DNA from: Euryarchaeota archaeon UBA486
GTDB lineage: Archaea; Thermoplasmatota; Poseidoniia; Poseidoniales; Poseidoniaceae
NCBI GenBank assembly: GCA_002497765.1
Contig: DAET01000045.1
Coordinates: 36,326-99,925 of the forward strand
DNA: 63,600 bases
Direction: 5' to 3'
Part shown: positions 18,601 to 24,866 of the stretch, piece after piece
Layout of the letters: each line of letters opens with the position of its first letter
How positions within the stretch are numbered: the stretch's first letter is position 1
The notes under the pieces: model-generated
Database searches by the model: none
What the model was told of the DNA's origin: nothing
Seen by the model: only the letters and a program-made list of their open reading frames with translations
Translations under genes and position numbers: made by a program

Positions 18601-21600
18601 AAGGGAAGACGTGGTTCTGGCGTGTCCGCGCCGTTTCGGCCACCAACCAAATCGGCAACTGGTCCAACGTTTACCACTTCCAACTCCCCGACCTCAACAC
18701 CGTTGTCTACAACGCCACCAAGGCTTCGGTTGAACTCCGCCACCACGGCGCCCTGCCTCACCTCAGCACACCCCACTTGGTCGACACCTACGTCGTTGAG
18801 AACGGTTCAGGTTCCGATAACACCCAAGAGAATTCCACCACGCTGGTCGTGGGTGAAACCTCCACTGGCTACCAAGCGGCGGCGTTGATTCGTATTCCGC
18901 TCAGTGAAGTGCCCCAGCCGAGCGGTGCCCGTGTGACCGGTGCCGAGTTGAGCCTCTTTGCCGAATACGGGTCGGTTGAGGACGAACCCGTGGCCATCCG
19001 CCCCGTGCTGCAACCCTGGACCACCTCTGCCAACGCCACGACGTACGACGGCACCAATGCCTGGGCGCAGCGCGGTGGCCGTGCCATTGGGACGGACATC
19101 GGTGGCTACGTTGACCTCGTTGCCAGCGTCGAAGACGACTGGATGGACTTTGACGTGACGGAAGCCGTGCAGGCTGCGTTGGCCGCCGGACAGAACCACG
19201 TCTCGCTCATGGTTTACACCTCGAGCCAAACCACGGACGAAATCACGTTCACGTCGACCGAGGGAAGTGCCAGCGAACGACCGTATCTCACCTTGACCTG
19301 GGAAGACGGCACCGTGGCCACCCCGACCGTCAGTGGCGTAAACGCTGCGCCAACCAGCGGCTCCATCGTGTGGGACACCGCCTCCCACGCCCTTCAGGCG
19401 GACCGCTCGCCCACCTTCTCGTGGTCCTACAGCAGCTCGACTGCTGCCACAGGGTGGCGCGTGTTCATCCAGGCCGACGCCAGCAACGACATGGCCGGGC
19501 TCTACACCTACGACTCCCGAACCACGCCTGGCGCCTTTGACACCACCAACCTGACCTTCACACCCCCACAAGACCTGACCTTCGCTCAGGAAATTCGCTG
19601 GATGGTCCAACCGATGAACAACGGCATGCTGGGCCCACGAAGCACGTCGACCATCTTCTACCTCCCCAACGATGTCGGTGAGGAGATCAACAGCACGCAC
19701 GCTACGCTTTCCATCCAAGAGGGCTCCATCATCCCGTCCACCGCTTACCCAACGGTCACCTCCGACACCTACCTTGACACCGGCAACATCTACGCCAACC
19801 GTGGTTCCTCTTCCAGCCTCTTCGTTGGCCGAAGCCAAGTGTCCACAAACAACCCCAGCCTCCGTTCGATGTCACTGGTCAACATGGATTTCAGTTCGCT
19901 GCCCATGCCAGGAACCTACGAAGTGGTGAACGCCAGCCTTGAATTCACGGCCACCAACGTGTACCAGAATACCTTTGTCGCCGTCGGTGAGACCATCTCG
20001 GCGTGGACGGAATCCTCCGTGTACGCCTATCCAGCTGGAAACAATTCGACGTGGGCGTCCACGGGTGGGTACTCAGGGGATGATTTTGACATCCCATTCA
20101 ATCCAGCCCAGTGGGTCAACAGCACCGGAACTGCGGCCTTCAATGTCACGGCGCTTGTTCAGCACGCGCTGGCCAACAACATGGCTGAACTCAACGTTGT
20201 CCTCTTCCCTGTGGAGCGAGACAATGGCGTCAATGGACGTGTCCAGTTCGCTTCAAGTGAAGCCACCAACATTGACGTTCGTCCACGCCTCAACCTGACC
20301 TACCGGACCAGTGCCGCTTGGACGCCGTCGTCTCCAACCGGTCTCCTACCTGCGGATGGAAGCACCTTGTGGAACACTTCACAACCCCGTCCATCCGGTT
20401 TGAACGACAGCGATTTCTCGTGGACAACCTCGTACTCGAACGAAACTCAATTGGTCGCTTGTGCCAGCGATGATCCCCTCTTCCTGGATGAAGAGAAGAC
20501 AAACTGCTACAATTCAAACGATATTCTCGCAGGTCTTTACGACAACATAACGATCGACCTTGCCAACAATACGGTGAACAGTGCCGAATTGGGGAAGGGT
20601 GATTATTGGCAGTATTGGCGTATTCGTGCCGATCAGGGCGAACGAATCGGTGAATGGTCCTCGATCAACAAGTACCGCGTCCCCAACGACCAGGGCAGCG
20701 ACGACGGAAACGGGAATCACACCGTCAATTTGTCCCGAGGATCGATTTTCGAAACCACCGGCCTCTTGCCCATGGTTGAGGATGTTGAGATCGACTCCAA
20801 CGCTACGGTGAACCGTGGTTCCTCCAACACCATGGTGCTCGGCGTCAACAGTTTGGGCACAGGACAGAGCAGTATTTTGATGGAGTTTGACCTCAGTAAT
20901 ATCCCGTGGCCGTCCGCCATGACGCCAACGCAGATGATGCTCCGGATGTACCAGCCGGGCGTTTTGGGTACTTCGTCGACCACGATTGCGGCCTACCCGT
21001 GCAGCGGCTTCACGGAATCAAGCGTCGTCTGGGCTACGGCACCTACGTGCTCCACCAGTGAAATCACCCGATCGACCCTCACGTTGAACAACCCCTTCGG
21101 TTGGATGGAGTGGGATTTGACCAGCCTTGCGCAAGCCAACATTGCGAACGGTAACACCACGATGACGTTCAAGCTCGCCATGATTGGCAGCACCGGTTCG
21201 TCTCACAGCTTCTACTCCTCGGAATACTCCGACGCCACCTACCACCCGCATCTTGTCTTGGACTACGTGGACAACGTGAACGGCATCGTCCCACCTGCAC
21301 AACCCACCTTGACCTCCCCGGCTGACGGCCAGGTGCTCTACGCCGAGAACGACGGTTTGCTGACGCCATCGACCCAACCTGCTTTGACATGGACGCCCGT
21401 GAGCGGTGCGACGGGCTACATCGTCACCATCGCCAACGAGAGCGGTGTCTACAAGTTCCGCTCGTGGGAGGATTCAGAAATCACGAACACCACCTTCCGC
21501 TTCGAAGACAACCTCACCGAAGGTCAACTCTTCTCGTGGTGGGTGCAGGGCGTGAACCAGTCCATTCCAGGGCCCTCCTCTTCCCGCTGGAGCTTCGCCG

Positions 21601-24600
21601 TTGGTGCTCCCGACCACACTTACAACAACGACTACACCTACACTTACAGGTTCCAGACCGGCAGTGAAATCGCCGCCTTCGGTCACACCAACGTCCAGGA
21701 CACGGCCGTTTACAGCGAGTACGCCGACACCAATTTTGCCGGCGAATCGACCATCAGCGCGGGCAGCTACTGTGGAACACTTTGGGCCGACGAATGCCGA
21801 ATCAACATGGCGTTGAACGCCGCTCAGGTGCCGTTTGCTCAGTACCAACAGGTCCACTCGGCTTCGCTTGGGCTCTACGTCGAATCATGGACGTCCGTCC
21901 AGGGTGCGACGTCAGTCTCCTTCAACGTCCACCCCATCACCAACACGAACTGGGGTGCAGCCTCCGCCACCTGGAACGGTACCACCGCTGGTGGCACGTG
22001 GGGTGCACCCGGTATGCAAGCAGGTGTGGATTACGGCGATGCCGTGTCCACCACCGTCGTCAACGTTGACACCACGGGCTGGATTTGGTTTGATGTCAGT
22101 ACACCGGGCATGACCATCACCAGCGAACAAGCATGGGTGATCATTGCCACCCCGAACAACGGCTACGCCCACGCCTCGTTCTACTCCGGCTCCGCCACCA
22201 ACGTCAATTTCCGACCTCAAATGCAATTCAACACCACGAACATCACCAGCGTGGCCATCAGCCCGTCCGGTACGCCGACCACCGACGCAGACTCGGCGGT
22301 GAACTTCAATTCCGTGGCGTACGACCACCAAACCATGGTTCAGTCGCCGCCCATGACGTGGACGTCCTCCTCTGGCAGCATCGGCAGCAACGGATTGTTC
22401 ACGCCCAATACCGCTGGTGTAACGACCATCACGTCGTGCTTTGGCCTTGTGTGCGGTACTCAGAACATCACGGTCACGCCCGGCGCACCTGTTGACCTCA
22501 TCGTGACGCCGCTGACGGCGACCATCACGGCCGATGAAACGTTGACCATCAACGCTCAGATGGCTGACCAGCACGGCAATTTCCTCACGGGTGAAACGAT
22601 TGACATCACGCCGTCCAACGGGACCATGATGGGGACGACGTTCATGCCCTACACCGCTGGTTCGCACACCATCACGGTGTCTCACCCAGCCAGTGGTCAA
22701 CAGGTGTCTGTGGACGTGACCGTCCTTCCAGGTGCGCCATCCTCTCTCGTGATGAGCGGCTGTGGAGGCACCGTGCCTGCCGGTGTATGGTGCGACATTA
22801 CCCTTGAGCTGTACGACCAGTTCGGAAATGCACTCGCCCTCAGTGAAGCTGGCAACCTCACGTGGACCACCACCAACGGGAACTACTCGGAAATCAACGA
22901 TCAGTACTTCCCCGACCACGTTGGCGTTTGGACGTTGAGCGTGAGTTCGGTCTCCGGCGTAGCCGCTGAGATGAACATCACCGTCGGACATGGCGCCATT
23001 GACTTCCTCGAATTGAATGCTTCAGCGACCTCCATCACCGCCGACGACCGTGTCTACATCAACACCACTCGGGTTGACGTCCGAGGAAACCGATTGGCAG
23101 TGGTGCTCCCGGCGGACAACTGGACCAAGACCTCCGACGGGCAACTCACACCCGGTGCCCCAGCCATCTGGGACCCGGTGAAGACCGGTGCGAAGATCCT
23201 CGAGGCCCGGTACGAAACGACCCTGACGCAGATCACCATCGACGTGGCCAAGGGGAAGATTCAGACTCTGCGCATCGAAGTGGACGACGTCGACTCCACA
23301 TGGGCGCACTTCGATTTGACCGCCGATGACACGCTTGATGCCGATGTGTTTGCCATCGATGCCAAGGGCAACCAGTGGGCCATCGTCGTAAACTGGACCC
23401 TTGACCACCCAACGATGGGCGACTCCTCGAACTTCCTCGAGGTGCTCACGGGCGACACGACCACGTTCACGCCGTACTTCGCCAGCGAAGACCCCTACAC
23501 CATGACGGCCACCTACGACGACGGCACCACCGTTCATGCCGTGAGCATCAACATGACCGTTGACCACGGGTTCTTGCACACGGTGAGCATTGAAGGCACG
23601 GCCAACGACCCCGACCGAAGCACCGGTGCGGTGTTTGAACTGACCTCGGACTACGCCGTTGATTTCCTATCGGACCTCTACGACGCTGACAACAACCGCA
23701 TCACGTCCGACGGATTGACTTGGGTTGAGGTCAACGTTGCTACTGGCGATACCGAGGACATCACGACCCAACTGTTGCTGGACGGCATGCGATGGGAAGC
23801 CACCATGGTCGGCGAATGGCGTATTGAGGCCTACCAGGTCAGCGGTACTGGCTTCAACGTTAGCGACAGCATCACCATCACGGTGGTTCATGGCGAAGCC
23901 GTCACCGTTAGCGCCGACGTGTCTTTGAGCACGCCGACGGCCGGTGATCGTGTCGACATACAAGTGACCGGAACCGACGCGGATGGCAATCAGTTCCCAC
24001 AGAACGTTGAGTGGACCGAGAACGGTGAATCCGTCCCGACCCTGAGCGTCATCACGACCTCCGAGGGCACCTACACCTACGATGCGGAAGTCGCCGGCGT
24101 TCACACCCTGCAGTACGCTGTCGGTGGAGCGGTCTCCACGACCGAAATCACGGTCTCAGCTCAAAGCATCGTTGCACGACTTGAGGTGAACCTCTCTGCC
24201 GATACCGTCGAGCAGCTGGAGAGTTTGGACGTTAGCATCCGAGCCTTCGACGCCTTTGACAACGAAATCGACGTGCCCGGTAGTATTCAGGTTGAATCCA
24301 CGGGCCGGGGAACCGCCATGATGACCTCCTCCGACTTCTGGACCATCACGACCCTCGATGATGGCCCACAAACCATCACGGTGAGCGTTGGTGCGGTTCG
24401 TGTCAACGCGGAAATCAACGTCGAAGGCAACCTTGCCGGCTTCTTTGAGGCTGGCGGAACCCTCTACTACGTTGGTGCAGGTCTGCTTGCCATTGTTGCC
24501 GTGGTTCTCCTCGGCCTTCTCGTGATGTTCATGCGTGGTGGAAGCACCGATGATTGGGATGACGAGGATGAAGACGACGATGATGATGACGACGCTCCCT

Positions 24601-24854
24601 CCGGCCCGACGGGTCGTGCTCCCGGTCCGAGTGGTCCTGCGCCTGGTCCAAGCGGTCCTGCGCCTGGTCCAAGCGGTCCTGCGCCCGGCCCCACCGGTCC
24701 ACCTGCTGAAGAAGCCCCCGTTGAGGAGGCCGAAGAAGAAGCTGAGATCGAGACGAGTGTTGACGAAGACGGCACAGAATGGTGGGAAGACGAAGACGGT
24801 ACCTGGTGGTACCGCCTAGCCGGCGAGGAAGAGTGGCAAGAGTACAACGAATGA
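15699..24854 (+). CDS. Giant (3,051 aa from first ATG) type-I anchored surface protein B: 7 x [CBM-like beta-sandwich + FN3-like] super-repeats, Ig-like array, TM, acidic/Pro-rich/Trp-rich tail
   Basis: Track ORF 15690..24854 starts at TTG. The first ATG (15699) gives MRSVRIVSPRATALLLVLMFIFADLSLPQ, a signal peptide. It is one uninterrupted 9.1-kb frame rich in N-x-S/T sequons. TM GLLAIVAVVLLGLLVMFM lies at aa ~2923-2948 of the track ORF. The tail is DDWDDEDEDDDDDDD...(APGPSGP)n...DGTEWWEDEDGTWWYRLAGEEEWQEYNE. Confidence 0.85.
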   Translation: MRSVRIVSPRATALLLVLMFIFADLSLPQTMEGWSELEDEPTVHRAVSYHAIHADTYITASAPTSTYNTSATGTLADGPAQESRLLLRFPMNYTASDTIHEASIDLECTTDALGPTELKAYVAHMDRFWNGSFASWVAYASNQLWSEAGGEAGADRGDWEPPALLSGNGTLTLNVTSIAQQAARSNSAYLSVIVASFGATYDCSMSEDTVAANRPELTLDVSAGSAATSGATVSTDLPVDEGAPWMESDFLLQPVTTPALSYDMNSGTDVEIQLSNADDWRSATDEAWHFSTLWSTFASTGTSGAYNLPSNLALTNGTAMHMRVRAVDSNDQWGAWDSTSFLLPNLNVVDNGDGTATMTLGPTDTGLEQDFLQDTFVNETRKTYNYGADALVESSMTSSKERLIHFRTSLNQLGLHDNLTIVNAELKLTRSSYSGDPVVSVHGMEESGLWAEEEVTWNQMSAGGVQWYDGGRSNGTATMALADGNQTSNSFTFDLDHAVQNYLDGGDENPLDLMVAVRGKFESYTNNEGIFFHSAEAANPSDAPSFSITYEWGSGAPPASVNLTAPADGLAVWNKTGDNLSGNTQPTLNWSQPATGDDIVFELATDEDFRLRQMRVDTRVDNDFSPTDGTLAMTGSKTLEVGNMYFWRMATVDSDNHYGEWVSSSFLVSSLESIWLGGDRYEFNLKHGNGSQDNQYPECMDTYIDSAAPNDNYDGDSEMTIDYSPFGGEITALLGCNLVSNLLPDGYAVESAHLRMSLTSTTFGTPTIGVWESNQNDWNAEDATWSSYDGSNTWATAGAKGAERGSLLDSVSVGSSFSEGDSVEWNVTLAVQNAMREDRRVDFIAGMLGAGSGGARTAYFSTAEDSMSSRPELSFVYVPGSDALPSNPAPALPLNGSWSIGTGVDLTPISQPELDWNFGGTMALAGYIVQLDTQADFSSVNSLTYTSWNDAGFDVTNTSFTLQSDLDEGKTWFWRVRAVSATNQIGNWSNVYHFQLPDLNTVVYNATKASVELRHHGALPHLSTPHLVDTYVVENGSGSDNTQENSTTLVVGETSTGYQAAALIRIPLSEVPQPSGARVTGAELSLFAEYGSVEDEPVAIRPVLQPWTTSANATTYDGTNAWAQRGGRAIGTDIGGYVDLVASVEDDWMDFDVTEAVQAALAAGQNHVSLMVYTSSQTTDEITFTSTEGSASERPYLTLTWEDGTVATPTVSGVNAAPTSGSIVWDTASHALQADRSPTFSWSYSSSTAATGWRVFIQADASNDMAGLYTYDSRTTPGAFDTTNLTFTPPQDLTFAQEIRWMVQPMNNGMLGPRSTSTIFYLPNDVGEEINSTHATLSIQEGSIIPSTAYPTVTSDTYLDTGNIYANRGSSSSLFVGRSQVSTNNPSLRSMSLVNMDFSSLPMPGTYEVVNASLEFTATNVYQNTFVAVGETISAWTESSVYAYPAGNNSTWASTGGYSGDDFDIPFNPAQWVNSTGTAAFNVTALVQHALANNMAELNVVLFPVERDNGVNGRVQFASSEATNIDVRPRLNLTYRTSAAWTPSSPTGLLPADGSTLWNTSQPRPSGLNDSDFSWTTSYSNETQLVACASDDPLFLDEEKTNCYNSNDILAGLYDNITIDLANNTVNSAELGKGDYWQYWRIRADQGERIGEWSSINKYRVPNDQGSDDGNGNHTVNLSRGSIFETTGLLPMVEDVEIDSNATVNRGSSNTMVLGVNSLGTGQSSILMEFDLSNIPWPSAMTPTQMMLRMYQPGVLGTSSTTIAAYPCSGFTESSVVWATAPTCSTSEITRSTLTLNNPFGWMEWDLTSLAQANIANGNTTMTFKLAMIGSTGSSHSFYSSEYSDATYHPHLVLDYVDNVNGIVPPAQPTLTSPADGQVLYAENDGLLTPSTQPALTWTPVSGATGYIVTIANESGVYKFRSWEDSEITNTTFRFEDNLTEGQLFSWWVQGVNQSIPGPSSSRWSFAVGAPDHTYNNDYTYTYRFQTGSEIAAFGHTNVQDTAVYSEYADTNFAGESTISAGSYCGTLWADECRINMALNAAQVPFAQYQQVHSASLGLYVESWTSVQGATSVSFNVHPITNTNWGAASATWNGTTAGGTWGAPGMQAGVDYGDAVSTTVVNVDTTGWIWFDVSTPGMTITSEQAWVIIATPNNGYAHASFYSGSATNVNFRPQMQFNTTNITSVAISPSGTPTTDADSAVNFNSVAYDHQTMVQSPPMTWTSSSGSIGSNGLFTPNTAGVTTITSCFGLVCGTQNITVTPGAPVDLIVTPLTATITADETLTINAQMADQHGNFLTGETIDITPSNGTMMGTTFMPYTAGSHTITVSHPASGQQVSVDVTVLPGAPSSLVMSGCGGTVPAGVWCDITLELYDQFGNALALSEAGNLTWTTTNGNYSEINDQYFPDHVGVWTLSVSSVSGVAAEMNITVGHGAIDFLELNASATSITADDRVYINTTRVDVRGNRLAVVLPADNWTKTSDGQLTPGAPAIWDPVKTGAKILEARYETTLTQITIDVAKGKIQTLRIEVDDVDSTWAHFDLTADDTLDADVFAIDAKGNQWAIVVNWTLDHPTMGDSSNFLEVLTGDTTTFTPYFASEDPYTMTATYDDGTTVHAVSINMTVDHGFLHTVSIEGTANDPDRSTGAVFELTSDYAVDFLSDLYDADNNRITSDGLTWVEVNVATGDTEDITTQLLLDGMRWEATMVGEWRIEAYQVSGTGFNVSDSITITVVHGEAVTVSADVSLSTPTAGDRVDIQVTGTDADGNQFPQNVEWTENGESVPTLSVITTSEGTYTYDAEVAGVHTLQYAVGGAVSTTEITVSAQSIVARLEVNLSADTVEQLESLDVSIRAFDAFDNEIDVPGSIQVESTGRGTAMMTSSDFWTITTLDDGPQTITVSVGAVRVNAEINVEGNLAGFFEAGGTLYYVGAGLLAIVAVVLLGLLVMFMRGGSTDDWDDEDEDDDDDDDAPSGPTGRAPGPSGPAPGPSGPAPGPSGPAPGPTGPPAEEAPVEEAEEEAEIETSVDEDGTEWWEDEDGTWWYRLAGEEEWQEYNE
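15858..22235 (+). repeat. Seven diverged ~325-aa (~980-bp) protein super-repeats inside the giant gene
   Basis: Recurring DTY-type openings are at track-ORF aa 57 (ADTYITAS), 377 (DTFVNE), 704 (DTYIDS), 1032 (DTYVVE), 1359 (DTYLDT), ~1698 (DVEIDS) and 2004 (DTAVYS). Each is followed by N-x-G...L-x-VG...[LI]-x-x-FDLS/IPLS...A-x-L-x-L and closes with (R)P-x-L-x-[LF]-x-Y (RPELTLDV, RPELSFVY, RPYLTLTW, RPRLNLTY, HPHLVLDY, RPQMQFN). FN3-like modules lie between them and end MHMRVRAV..WGAW, YFWRMATV..YGEW, WFWRVRAV..IGNW, IRWMVQPM, YWRIRADQ..IGEW, FSWWVQGV. Confidence 0.7.
22245..24425 (+). repeat. Array of roughly eight Ig-like (bacterial Big-type) domains in the giant protein
   Basis: ~85-95-aa units recur with the pattern ITVTPGAPVDLIVTP..ATITADETLTINAQMADQHGN.L, VTVLPGAPSSLVMSG, ITVGHGAIDFLELNA..TSITADDRVYINTTRVDVRGN, TVVHGEAVTVSADVSL..AGDRVDIQVTGTDADGN, TVSAQSIVARLEVNLSADTVEQLESLDVSIRAFDAFDN. 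Confidence 0.6.
24618..24701 (+). repeat. Four in-frame 21-bp tandem repeats encoding (APGPSGP)n in the cytoplasmic tail of the giant protein
   Basis: gctcccggtccgagtggtcct / gcgcctggtccaagcggtcct / gcgcctggtccaagcggtcct / gcgcccggccccaccggtcca. The two central units are identical. Confidence 0.85.
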
Positions 24855-24866
24855 GGAGGCTTTGAG

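Noticed and set aside
18807-19838. Long minus-strand ORFs inside the giant gene (18807..19838, 21912..22991, 15945..16661, 17115..17759, 23022..23579)
   Set aside because: All are antisense to one uninterrupted 9.1-kb frame with coherent domain repeats. The antisense translations are Gly/Arg/Val-rich with no motifs.
24560-24720. Tandem repeats and poly-GAT/GAC tract as a possible CRISPR or non-coding satellite
   Set aside because: The repeats are only 21 bp, have no spacers, are in frame, and encode the poly-Asp and (APGPSGP)n tail segments of the giant protein.
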